NCBI GenBank assembly: GCA_913047365.1
Contig: CAJWUK010000003.1
Location: 1-49,950 of the forward strand
DNA length: 49,950 nucleotides
From: an uncultured Alphaproteobacteria bacterium
GTDB lineage: Bacteria; Pseudomonadota; Alphaproteobacteria; MPNO01; UBA830
Direction of reading: 5' to 3'
Shown one piece after another: positions 29,720 to 39,018 of this stretch. The notes beneath the pieces were generated by a model. It was given only the letters and a program-made list of their open reading frames with translations. It searched no databases and was not told where the DNA came from. The number at the start of each line of letters is the position of its first letter. Within the stretch, counting starts at the first letter, position 1. Position numbers and translations under genes: made by a program.

Positions 29720-30948
29720 CCGCTTCGGTTTCGCACACGGGACTCGTGGACAGCCTTATGACCGCATCGGCGGTGCGCGAACGCTGCTCTGATCTTTTCG
29801 AAAACGGACTGACCGGCACCCTCCCCTGGTTCGTCATCGACATGGGCCGCTTTGAATTCGCCGCCCACTCCGTTTTCTCGGAAATACAATCCGCCTACCC
29901 GGATTTGAACGTGCCATTTCACAGCCGTTGGCGGCATTTCGAATTCGACGGGGTCGATCTATGGGCGGAGTTGGCGGATACTGCGGGGCTGGGGGGCAAC
30001 CCCCGACTGGTCGCGGAAGGCGATCTCGCCATCGTTTCGGTTCTTCTCGATGCCGGAGCCGGACCGGACTGGGCCTATACCGACGAAGCAACCGGCCTGC
30101 GCCTAGGGCGATCCGAAGGCCTCGCTTTGGCAAGCCTGCGCTTGTTTTCTACCGGCCTTTTGAGCGCCGATCCCAGCGATCCGCTAAGAGCCGATTCCAC
30201 ATCTCTGCAACTCCTGTCCGCAGAAGATCTGGGATCCGCCATGCAGGTTGGCCCTGACAACCCCCTTGTAGGGCTGGACCAGCGGACGGCGCTGCTGAGG
30301 AGGCTCGGAGAAATCACAGAGGCCCGGCCCGACCTGTTCCGCAGAGATGGCATATACCGGCCCGGTAACCTGCTTAATTCCCTCGCAAAACAAGGAGGCA
30401 TCACGGCTCCAGGCATCCTGGCCGCAGTGCTGGACGGTTTTAACCGGATCTGGCCGTCGCGGCTGAAATTGGACGGTGTCCCGCTGGGCGATGTCTGGCG
30501 GCATTCCTGTTTGCACCGCGACGACAACACCGACGGGTTAGTGCCGTTTCACAAGTTGTCGCAATGGCTGTCCTATTCCCTGATCGAGCCGCTACAACGC
30601 GATGGGACGCCGGTAACCGACCTAGACGGACTGACCGGCCTCGCCGAATACCGGAATGGTGGTCTGTTCATCGATACCGGGGTGTTGTCCCCAAAGGATG
30701 CCGAGATATTCGAAACAGTGCACAAGCCGGGAGATGAAATCATCGTCGAATGGCGGGCCTTGACCGTGGCGTTGCTGGACCGGATGGCAGAAGCGGTACG
30801 CACAAAACTGGGACTGACGGTTGATAAGTTGCCGCTTGCCAGCGTACTGCAGGGCGGAACATGGACTGCGGGGCGGCGGGCGGCGGCCGAAAAACGCGCG
30901 GACGGCGGCCCGCCCCTTAGGATCGACAGCGACGGCACGGTTTTTTAG
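29716..30948 (+). CDS. URC4/Urg3 family protein (DUF1688)
   Basis: [45 protein letters not shown] and LQGGTW..DGTVF. TTG start overlaps the upstream stop. Confidence 0.9.
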   Translation: MTASVSHTGLVDSLMTASAVRERCSDLFENGLTGTLPWFVIDMGRFEFAAHSVFSEIQSAYPDLNVPFHSRWRHFEFDGVDLWAELADTAGLGGNPRLVAEGDLAIVSVLLDAGAGPDWAYTDEATGLRLGRSEGLALASLRLFSTGLLSADPSDPLRADSTSLQLLSAEDLGSAMQVGPDNPLVGLDQRTALLRRLGEITEARPDLFRRDGIYRPGNLLNSLAKQGGITAPGILAAVLDGFNRIWPSRLKLDGVPLGDVWRHSCLHRDDNTDGLVPFHKLSQWLSYSLIEPLQRDGTPVTDLDGLTGLAEYRNGGLFIDTGVLSPKDAEIFETVHKPGDEIIVEWRALTVALLDRMAEAVRTKLGLTVDKLPLASVLQGGTWTAGRRAAAEKRADGGPPLRIDSDGTVF

Positions 30949-30965
30949 TAACGGATAAAACAGTC

Positions 30966-31604
30966 ATGACAGCAAATGCACAGGTCGAGATCGTCGACCA
31001 CCCCCTGGTCCAGCACAAACTGACCTTTTTGCGCGACAAAAACACGGGCTCATCCCAGTTTCGTCAGATGGTAAAAGAACTCAGCCTGTTGCTGGCCTAT
31101 GAGGTCTGCCGGGATCTGCCGATCGAGCAGGTAGCCATCAACACACCGCTGGAAGACATGACCGCGCCCGTGCTGGCCGGCAAGAAAACCTGTCTTGTGT
31201 CGATCCTCCGGGCCGGCAACGGCCTACTGGACGGGATGCTGGAGCTGATGCCGACGGCCAAGGTGGGACATGTCGGCCTGTACCGCGATCCCGAAACCAA
31301 GGTGCCGGTGGAATATTACATCAAGCTGCCGGAAAACATGGACCAACGGCTGTGCATCGTGGTCGATCCAATGCTGGCCACGGGCGGTTCCGCTGCGGCC
31401 GCGGTCCACCGCATCAAGCAGTCTGGCGCCAAGCGCATCAAGTTCGTCTGCGTAGTCGCTGCGCCGGAAGGCATCGAAGTATTCGCAAGCGCCCACCCTG
31501 ACGTGCCGATCATCACTGCGGCCGTCGACCGGGGCCTCGACGATCATTCATATATCCGCCCCGGACTGGGGGATGCGGGCGACCGGCTGTACGGGACAAA
31601 ATAG
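30966..31604 (+). CDS. upp: Uracil phosphoribosyltransferase
   Basis: [22 protein letters not shown] and PGLGDAGDR. Confidence 0.97.
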   Translation: MTANAQVEIVDHPLVQHKLTFLRDKNTGSSQFRQMVKELSLLLAYEVCRDLPIEQVAINTPLEDMTAPVLAGKKTCLVSILRAGNGLLDGMLELMPTAKVGHVGLYRDPETKVPVEYYIKLPENMDQRLCIVVDPMLATGGSAAAAVHRIKQSGAKRIKFVCVVAAPEGIEVFASAHPDVPIITAAVDRGLDDHSYIRPGLGDAGDRLYGTK

Positions 31605-31669
31605 CGCAGCGCGACACGCATAAATAAAGCTATCCTGCTATATACAGCGCAATCAGTGCAGGAAAAGGT

Positions 31670-32887
31670 ATGAGTCATAATGACCGCATGATTATTTGCG
31701 GCGGCGGACCCGTCGGCATGGTGGCTGCGCTGTCACTGGTGCAGCAGGGAATTCCGGTCACGGTGCTCGAATCTTTTGAAACCCCGCCACAGGACCCGCG
31801 CGCGGCAACCATTCATCCGTCGACCCTGGAAATGCTGCACAAGCTGAAACTGGCCGAGGGCATTATCAAACGCGGGCTCAAGGCGCCAGCCTTCCAGTTT
31901 CGCGATCGCACAACGCAGGAAATCATCGCCGTCTTCGATATGAAGCATATCGCGGACGAAACGGATTTTCCGTTCGCCGTGCAATACGAACAGTGGAAAC
32001 TGACACGCGATGCCATCGTGGCGGTCAAAGAATACGATATCGCCGATATCCGCCTTGGATCGGCCGTCACCGCCTTTTCCCAGGATTATGACGGCGTCAC
32101 CGTGGTCTACGAAGACCCTGCCGGCGAGATGCACAAGGTCGAAGGCCGCTATCTGCTGGCCTGTGACGGCGGGCGGTCGACAATTCGTATTGGGCTCGGC
32201 GTGTTCATGTCGGGCTTTACCTGGGAGGAACGGTTCCTGGTCCTGACCTCCAAACACGATTTTGCGGCCAGCGACGGATATCTGAACCGCAATTATGTGA
32301 TGGACCCCACCGAATGGATGGCGGTGTTCAAAGTGCCGGGAGACGACGATCAGGGCATCTGGCGCACGCTGTTCCCTACAGAGGGCCACGAAAAGGACGA
32401 AGACCTTCTGTCAGACGAAGGCGTTACCCAGCGGATACGCGGGGCGCGGTCCGATATGGATCACAACGATGTGCTTCACCGCAACCTCTACACCGTGAAT
32501 CAGCGTGTAGCTGACCGTTTCCGTGTGGAACGCATCTTCCTGGCGGGCGATGCCGCGCATCTGAACAACCCGCTGGGCGGGCTAGGGCTGAATACCGGCA
32601 TCCATGACTGCATGAACATCACCAAAAAGATTGGAGATGTCTGGTTCGGGCGCGCAGAAGAAGACGTGTTTGAACGCTATCACCGCCAACGACATCAACT
32701 TGCAACCGAATTCCTGCAAAGCGTGACCATCGAAAACAAGAAGCGGATCGAGGAAAAGGATCCGGAGGTGATCAAGCAGAACCAGCAGCAGCTTCGCGAA
32801 AATGCCGAAGACCCGGCCAAAGCCAAAACCTGGCTGATGCGGTCATCCCTGCTGGACAGCGTGCGCAAGGAAGAAACGATCGAATAA
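31670..32887 (+). CDS. FAD-dependent monooxygenase (MhpA/PheA-like)
   Basis: GGGPVG, CDGGRS and GDAAHLNNPLGGLGLNTG. Confidence 0.9.
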   Translation: MSHNDRMIICGGGPVGMVAALSLVQQGIPVTVLESFETPPQDPRAATIHPSTLEMLHKLKLAEGIIKRGLKAPAFQFRDRTTQEIIAVFDMKHIADETDFPFAVQYEQWKLTRDAIVAVKEYDIADIRLGSAVTAFSQDYDGVTVVYEDPAGEMHKVEGRYLLACDGGRSTIRIGLGVFMSGFTWEERFLVLTSKHDFAASDGYLNRNYVMDPTEWMAVFKVPGDDDQGIWRTLFPTEGHEKDEDLLSDEGVTQRIRGARSDMDHNDVLHRNLYTVNQRVADRFRVERIFLAGDAAHLNNPLGGLGLNTGIHDCMNITKKIGDVWFGRAEEDVFERYHRQRHQLATEFLQSVTIENKKRIEEKDPEVIKQNQQQLRENAEDPAKAKTWLMRSSLLDSVRKEETIE

Positions 32888-32915
32888 GGTACTGTTCGGC
32901 GGCGCCTGCCCACCT

Positions 32916-33908
32916 TCACTTCAGATAACCGTTTTCCTGGTACCAGTCGACAGCATCGGTCAGGGCCTCGCGCGCGGTCCGGGGAGCATAGCCCAGTCGC
33001 TGCTTCGCCTTGTCCGAAGAATAAAACATGTGATGCGCCGCCATTTTAAGTGCATCCACGGTGACGACCGGATCGCGCCGCGTTACCCGGCCGATCCCTT
33101 CCGCGACCCAGGCAACCGGATACAAGGGCGCCCGCGGTAGCCGCAGCCAGGGTCCCGGGCGCCCCGCATGATCGGTGACGATTTTTATCAGATCGCGCAG
33201 CGGGAGATTCTCCCCGCCCAAGATATAACGCTCGCCGATATCGCCTTTTTCGAAGGCCAGCATGTGACCGTCCGCCACATCGTCAACATGCACGGCGTTC
33301 AACCCGGTATCCAGATAGGCCGGCATCCGGCCCTTTGCGGCATCTATCACGATACGCCCGGTGGGTGTCGGCTTGATATCGCGCGGCCCGAACGGAGCGG
33401 ACGGGTTGACGATAACCACCGGCGCGCCCTCCTCCGCTACCAGGCGGTCCACCTCTTTCTCGGCCAGAAACTTGGACCGCTTGTAGTGGCTGACCATGTC
33501 GGATTCATCGGGCCGCGATGCCTCATCTCGAACATCGCCCTTGTGTCCGGCACCCAGAACGGCGACCGAGCTGGTATAGACAAACCGCCCGACACCGGAA
33601 TCCATCGCGGCGCGGATCAGATCCCGAGTGCCGTCTACATTGGCCCGGTACATCGATGCACCCCCGTCGGGAACCCATAGGCGATAATCCGCGGCTACAT
33701 GAAAGACGGCATCGCAACCGGCCACGGCCGGCTTAAGGGTCTCTAACTGCGACAGATCGCCCTCGACTACCTCTGCTTTCAGGCCGTCGATATTGCGCCG
33801 GTCGCTAGTCGGCCGCATCAGCACCCGGATATCGTGCCCGCCCGCAACCAGGCGGCGCGCCACAGCCGCGCCGACAAACCCCGATGTGCCCGTCACCAAT
33901 GCACGCAT
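32916..33908 (-). CDS. hpnA: Hopanoid-associated sugar epimerase / extended SDR
   Basis: TGTSGFVG, FHVAADYRLW, YKRSK and GPRDIKPTPTGR characteristic of HpnA. Confidence 0.85.
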   Translation of the reverse strand: MRALVTGTSGFVGAAVARRLVAGGHDIRVLMRPTSDRRNIDGLKAEVVEGDLSQLETLKPAVAGCDAVFHVAADYRLWVPDGGASMYRANVDGTRDLIRAAMDSGVGRFVYTSSVAVLGAGHKGDVRDEASRPDESDMVSHYKRSKFLAEKEVDRLVAEEGAPVVIVNPSAPFGPRDIKPTPTGRIVIDAAKGRMPAYLDTGLNAVHVDDVADGHMLAFEKGDIGERYILGGENLPLRDLIKIVTDHAGRPGPWLRLPRAPLYPVAWVAEGIGRVTRRDPVVTVDALKMAAHHMFYSSDKAKQRLGYAPRTAREALTDAVDWYQENGYLK

Positions 33909-33912
33909 ATGT

Positions 33913-34524
33913 CTATTCGCCTTCCTGCAGTTCGCGCGACAGTGCATATATATTGAAGGTCACGAAAATCAGCGTGCCGATCGTTCCCATCAGAAAAAAC
34001 CACCAGGTACCGGTCAACCACACGATTGGGCCGATCAGATAGATTCCGTCTTCCACCTCGAACGGCCCGATCCGGGGATACGGATCGGGGGCGACGCCAC
34101 TTCGAATTTCTACTTTAAACTGCAACAGCATGTTTATCAGAATTAACAGGGCCACCGCCGCCGCCAGCCACAACACCCAGTCCGCCGCGTCGCCGCGCCA
34201 TTCGCCGACCCCCATGCCGAGGAAAAGCGTGCCGTAACTAGCGGTCCCGGTAGCCGAATCGAACAGCGCGCCGAACTTGGATCCCTTGCCCGCCTGGCGC
34301 GCCAGTTCGCCATCCATGTGATCGATAAAGCGGGCGGCAATAACCAGTCCCGCCGCCCAATAGGTCGCCGTTCCCTCGCCCCATGCGAACAGTGCCGCCG
34401 CCGCCAGCCCGAGAACCAGGCTGACGGTCGTTATTTGGTTGGGCGTTACTATTGTGTTGACCAGCGGTCGCACGAGAATAGCGGCGATCTGCTGATCCCA
34501 GGGGGGGGATTGCTCAGTCGTCAT
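33913..34524 (-). CDS. CDP-alcohol phosphatidyltransferase family protein (B)
   Basis: TPNQIT and DHMDGELAR..G..FD; several TM helices; ATGA overlap with hpnN. Confidence 0.88.
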   Translation of the reverse strand: MTTEQSPPWDQQIAAILVRPLVNTIVTPNQITTVSLVLGLAAAALFAWGEGTATYWAAGLVIAARFIDHMDGELARQAGKGSKFGALFDSATGTASYGTLFLGMGVGEWRGDAADWVLWLAAAVALLILINMLLQFKVEIRSGVAPDPYPRIGPFEVEDGIYLIGPIVWLTGTWWFFLMGTIGTLIFVTFNIYALSRELQEGE

Positions 34525-37127
34525 GAGGCATCCTGCGGACGGACCGGCCACAGCCGCATCAATGCCGGCAGCACCATCAGCGTGCAGACCAGGGTAATCC
34601 CGATGGAAAGCGTCAACAGCTCGCCCATGCTGGCCGTGCCGCGATGACCGGAGATCGCCAGACTGCCGAAAGACGCGATCGTGGTCAGCGCGCTGAACAT
34701 CACCGCCCTTGGGGTGGTGGAAGCGAATGCGGCGGCAGCGGAATTTTCCGCCCTGGCACGGGAGACCAGATGGATACCACTGGCGACGCCGAGACCTATC
34801 AACAACGGCAGGACGATTACGTTGGCAAAGTTGAACGGCATGGATAGAATTACCGTTGCTGCCACTGTATAAAGCGCGGCAAGAACAAGTGGGATCAGCA
34901 CCATCGCGGTATCGCGCGTGGAGCTTAGAATCAAAAACACCATCCCCGATACCACGATCAGCGAAATGGCCGCCGCCGTCACAACGGAATTCACCACCGC
35001 GCGGCCGGCTTCCAGAATTTCGACCGGACTGCCCGTCGCCTCCGGCGCGATTTCGCGGACGGCATCGACAAACTTTCTCAGAGCGGCGGGATCTTCCAGA
35101 TCATCACGCGGGTACACCTGAACCCGCGCCCGGCCATTGGCCGCCAGGTATCGTTCGCGAATGCTCGCCGGCAGATCGCGAAGGGCGACTGGCCCCGCAT
35201 CCAGCGCGGTTGTCAGCCGGTTCATCTGCTGGCGGAAATACCGGAACACGTCGGCCTCGAACGCCTCTATCTGCTTAGCCGTCTTCAGTTTTGCCATGGC
35301 GAGGTTGAGAGTCTGCGCGGCCGTGACCAGTTCCGGCAGGTTCTGTTTCGGCTTCAGCATCAGGGTTTGCCTCAGGGTCTTGAAGGTTTCCTCCTTGTTC
35401 CCACTCTCCACCGCGATATTCGGCAGGCGCAACGGCGCCAGAAAAACGTTCATGTCCTCGATGATCGCGAGTTTGTCGTCCTGCTGGTTGGGGACCAGGT
35501 TGGCCGCGGTCATAGCCTTTTCGACCTCGGGTAATACTCTCAGGCGGTTGGCCAGCGAATAGGCTTCCGAAAGCGACGGCGCCAGCAGCTCTATAGTGTA
35601 AAGAGACGCACCCGGCGTAGCCGCCAGGTCGCGGAAGGTCCGGACCGATTCAGTGGATGGATCGCGCAGCTTGATGGGGTCAAGATCGAACTGGGCGAAG
35701 GGCACTGCTACGGCTGCCCCCACGCCAAGGATCAGCGCGCCGATGGCGATCCGCCGGTCGGGTAAGGGCGGTATCCAACGCTTCGGCGCTTCCCACGGCG
35801 CCGGCGGGGGGAAGAGGCTGAGAAAAGCCGGAACCCCGGTAAAGGTCGCGGCGAAGGCAATGAACATCCCCACGCCGGCAATAAGGCCGAGCTCCGACAG
35901 ACCACGATAATCCGTCGGCATAAAGGAAAAGAACGACGACGCGGCGGCCAGCGCGCTGAGACCCAGCGGAGAGGCAAGCGCGTGCCCGGTTCGGCTCATG
36001 ACTTCCCGCTGATCGCCGGGCCCCAGGCGTTCTTCGCGAAAGCGCAAGGTGAAGTGAATTCCAAAATCGACGCCGAGGCCGATAAACAGCACCGCGAAGG
36101 CTACCGAAACCAAGTTCAGATGCCCGATGGAAAGCGCCGTAAATCCGGCCGTCCACACAAGCCCCGCCAATAGAGCAATCAGAATAGCCACAACCAGCCG
36201 GAGCGACCGGATTCCCCACGCCAGCAGCATCGTCACTAGAAAAAGGCTTGCCAGCCCGGCATTGCGGGCGCCGGTGGTCACACTTTCCAGCTCCTCCGTG
36301 GATATCACCACGCCGCCGGTCAGCCGGACGGAAATACCGTTCTCTACCGTCAGCCCCGCATCCGCCGCGAGTCTGCGAATTTTCTCCATCGCATCGGCGG
36401 CGGGTGACAGGGAGGAAAAATCGACCCGCGGTTTGGTCAGGATGATCCGCCGGACGGTGCCTTCATCCTGCAGATGGTTGATCATGTTGCGCCAGGACAT
36501 GGGCGCGGGATTACCGCCGGCCACGCCTTCGGCCGCGACGGTAATCCGTTGCAAAACACTTGCAAGCCGGCGTGCCTGCGCGGGTTCTTCGATCCCCGCC
36601 ATCGCATCGCGTAGCACGGTTTCCAGACCGCGCAAGGTAGGATCGCGTGACAAGGTCGCCAGGAAAGCTTGTGATTCGGCCAGGTCATCCGACAGGGCTT
36701 CGAGATCGTCGATATCGAGATACAGAAGACCGTTGCGGACGAAAAACCGGTCAGCCTCCGGCGCGAACACCAGCGGGAAGCTCTCCCTGTCCGCGACCAG
36801 CCTTCGGACCAGAGTTTCCATCGCCTCGTCGGCGCGATCCGGGATCGCGGCGTCGATCACGATCACCACGTTATCCGACAGGGCGGGAAAAGCATCGCGA
36901 AATGCCTTGAACCGTTTCCGGAACGGTAGTTCCTCGGAAATCATACCGGTGGTGTCGGTATCGATGTCGAGATTTTCCGCCGCATATCCCGAGGCCAAAA
37001 CGGTCAGCGCCAAAGCCCCGGCAAGAACGAGCTTCGGCGCCGCCTGCGCATAGGCGACGATAGCGTCAACTACGTTCGCGAAGGCTTGTCGGGGGGCGCT
37101 GAGCCGGTCGGCGTCTTCGGCGCTCAT
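34521..37127 (-). CDS. hpnN: MMPL/RND transporter, HpnN-like
   Basis: Two-repeat MMPL layout; NLVSVAFAVLFIGLGVDFGIH and NFANVIVLPLLIGLGV..H. Confidence 0.85.
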   Translation of the reverse strand: MSAEDADRLSAPRQAFANVVDAIVAYAQAAPKLVLAGALALTVLASGYAAENLDIDTDTTGMISEELPFRKRFKAFRDAFPALSDNVVIVIDAAIPDRADEAMETLVRRLVADRESFPLVFAPEADRFFVRNGLLYLDIDDLEALSDDLAESQAFLATLSRDPTLRGLETVLRDAMAGIEEPAQARRLASVLQRITVAAEGVAGGNPAPMSWRNMINHLQDEGTVRRIILTKPRVDFSSLSPAADAMEKIRRLAADAGLTVENGISVRLTGGVVISTEELESVTTGARNAGLASLFLVTMLLAWGIRSLRLVVAILIALLAGLVWTAGFTALSIGHLNLVSVAFAVLFIGLGVDFGIHFTLRFREERLGPGDQREVMSRTGHALASPLGLSALAAASSFFSFMPTDYRGLSELGLIAGVGMFIAFAATFTGVPAFLSLFPPPAPWEAPKRWIPPLPDRRIAIGALILGVGAAVAVPFAQFDLDPIKLRDPSTESVRTFRDLAATPGASLYTIELLAPSLSEAYSLANRLRVLPEVEKAMTAANLVPNQQDDKLAIIEDMNVFLAPLRLPNIAVESGNKEETFKTLRQTLMLKPKQNLPELVTAAQTLNLAMAKLKTAKQIEAFEADVFRYFRQQMNRLTTALDAGPVALRDLPASIRERYLAANGRARVQVYPRDDLEDPAALRKFVDAVREIAPEATGSPVEILEAGRAVVNSVVTAAAISLIVVSGMVFLILSSTRDTAMVLIPLVLAALYTVAATVILSMPFNFANVIVLPLLIGLGVASGIHLVSRARAENSAAAAFASTTPRAVMFSALTTIASFGSLAISGHRGTASMGELLTLSIGITLVCTLMVLPALMRLWPVRPQDAS

Positions 37128-37756
37128 GCCCGATTGCGCCGCGCGTGGCCGGCGGCCTCCCAGATGGCGTAAAGCAGGTAAAGCGGCGTTCCGACCCCAG
37201 CAGCGGCAACGAATGGCGGCATCAGCCCCAGCCAGGTGACGGGCCCGACGGCGTACAGCGTGTCCTCTATCTCAAACCCGCCGCGCACGGTCTGAATGGT
37301 GGTTTCCTTGCCGAAGACGGTTTCCTGCCAGAGCCGGATCGAAAAGATCAGCGCGACCGACACGCCAGCCGCGATGCCACAGGGAACCGACCAGTACCCC
37401 AGCCAGGTATCGCGGAACCCGAACCCGGCGCCCACGAACATGGCGCAATAACTGGTCATCGCCGCAACATGGTCGAAATAGTGTCCGAACTTGCTGGTTT
37501 TGTCGGTTGCCCGGGCGAATTCACCGTCGACATGATCCATCCAGACCGCAACCATGAACAAAAGCGAGCCGGCGATGATACCGGCGCGGGTACCTTCAGC
37601 ATAAAGAAGACCGGACGCAATGCCGACCGCCATACCGCAGGCGGTCAGCACATTGGGCGAGACCGGCAACCGCCTGATCAAGCGCACGAAGGCCTTGGCA
37701 ATCCACTGGTCATAGGCGATGCGCGAAGGCGGGGTATTTTCTGTATCGGAAGCCAT
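37124..37756 (-). CDS. CDP-alcohol phosphatidyltransferase family protein (A)
   Basis: SPNVLT and DHVDGEFAR..G..FD. True start is ATG 37756 behind GGAGA. Confidence 0.88.
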   Translation of the reverse strand: MASDTENTPPSRIAYDQWIAKAFVRLIRRLPVSPNVLTACGMAVGIASGLLYAEGTRAGIIAGSLLFMVAVWMDHVDGEFARATDKTSKFGHYFDHVAAMTSYCAMFVGAGFGFRDTWLGYWSVPCGIAAGVSVALIFSIRLWQETVFGKETTIQTVRGGFEIEDTLYAVGPVTWLGLMPPFVAAAGVGTPLYLLYAIWEAAGHARRNRA

Positions 37757-37870
37757 AAATCTCCGTTCGGGCAAAGCCATAGAGGATGCGGGGAATCGTG
37801 TAAATCGCTCCTGATTTTCCGAATGGTTGCCGCTGTCTGTCAGGAGGAATAGCATCATAGGGATTAGAGG

Positions 37871-38347
37871 ATGAGCCCCATGTTCACGCTTAGCCAAACC
37901 ATACCCGTCAACGATACCCAGCCCCGTCTGAACCGAACGCATATATGGGAAGGCCTGGTGCTGAAAGCGGAAAACCCAGTGCCATTCCTGGAAGCCATGA
38001 GCGCCTGCGACGTGATCGAGCGCGGCGACGACTGGCTCCTGCGCGATTTCACGCTGCGTGGCGAAGACATGCAGGAACGGGTGACGTTCGAGCCGCAGGA
38101 ACGTGTCACCTTCGTCCGCACCAGAAGCAGCGCCATGGGCACGATCATGAACGAGATCGTCGAATTGGACGACGGCGAGATCGGATTGCGCTTTACCTTC
38201 ACATTCGACATCGACGGCCTCGAAGACGGCAGTCCGGAAGAAGTCGAATTTGCCGACCGCATGTCGAAAAGTTATTTCCAGGGCGTCGGATCGACGCTCG
38301 CCGAAATCCGCCGCCGGGTCGAAGCCGGCGAACTTGACGCGGCCTGA
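37871..38347 (+). CDS. SRPBCC/START-fold protein (DUF1857/AtaL-like); start may be 37880
   Basis: IWEGLVLKAENPVPF..C and ERVTF motifs. Confidence 0.75.
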   Translation: MSPMFTLSQTIPVNDTQPRLNRTHIWEGLVLKAENPVPFLEAMSACDVIERGDDWLLRDFTLRGEDMQERVTFEPQERVTFVRTRSSAMGTIMNEIVELDDGEIGLRFTFTFDIDGLEDGSPEEVEFADRMSKSYFQGVGSTLAEIRRRVEAGELDAA

Positions 38348-38363
38348 ACGAGGAGACTGAGCA

Positions 38364-38915
38364 ATGACCAACCTGAAACGTATCGGCGGCTTGCATCATT
38401 ACGCCTATCGCTGCCGAAACGCGGAAGAAACCCGCAGCTATTACGAAGACCTGCTTGGCTTGCCGCTGGCACATGTGATCCAGGCCGACGAAGTGCCCAG
38501 TACGGGCGCCTCCAACCCTTATGTGCACCTGTTTTTCGAATTCAATGACGGCAGCTATATCGCCTTCTTCGATCTAGGTGATGAAACCGCCTGCGTGCCC
38601 GACCCGGAGACCCCCTCCTGGGTGAACCACTTCGCAATGCATGTGGAAACCGTGGCAGAAGTAGGGGAATGGAAACGCCGGTTGGAAGACGCTGGTATCG
38701 AGGTTGTCGGCGTGACCGACCACGAATTCGTCAAATCGATCTATTTCTTTGATCCGAACGGCATTCGCCTTGAGATCACATGCGAGGTAATCGGAGAACC
38801 CGAGCGTCAGACCCACCGCGATGATGCCCATGCGGCGCTCAAAGCGTGGACTGACACCCGCCCGGCACCACAGACGGAATATTACCGGTTCAAGAAGGAA
38901 ACTTTGGAGGCGTAG
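38364..38915 (+). CDS. VOC (glyoxalase-like) family protein
   Basis: LHHYAYRC, HLFFE..IAFFD, NHFAM and SIYFFDPNGIRLE. Confidence 0.92.
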   Translation: MTNLKRIGGLHHYAYRCRNAEETRSYYEDLLGLPLAHVIQADEVPSTGASNPYVHLFFEFNDGSYIAFFDLGDETACVPDPETPSWVNHFAMHVETVAEVGEWKRRLEDAGIEVVGVTDHEFVKSIYFFDPNGIRLEITCEVIGEPERQTHRDDAHAALKAWTDTRPAPQTEYYRFKKETLEA

Positions 38916-38925
38916 CCCCCCCGTT

Positions 38926-39004
38926 TGTCATCCCAGTTTTATTCCGGGGTCCAGTTTTCGCTCGGACTGGCCCCTCGGGATCCCGGTGCAAGGCCGGGAT
39001 GACA
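38926..39004. repeat. REP/RPE-like palindromic element with TGTCATCCC..GGGATGACA ends
   Basis: Perfect 9-bp terminal inverted repeat and an internal CCCGG..CCGGG hairpin, between convergent VOC genes. Confidence 0.7.
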
Positions 39005-39018
39005 GTCAGACGGAAAAC

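Noticed and set aside
36127-37053. 308-aa plus-strand ORF and similar long antisense ORFs (e.g. 3578-4384, 39695-40396, 44103-44798)
   Set aside because: Shadow frames of well-supported genes in GC-rich DNA, with no recognisable motifs.
37757-38371. 415-aa fusion ORF extending CDP-AP(A)
   Set aside because: The extension is the antisense shadow of the SRPBCC gene; a good RBS and ATG lie at 37756.
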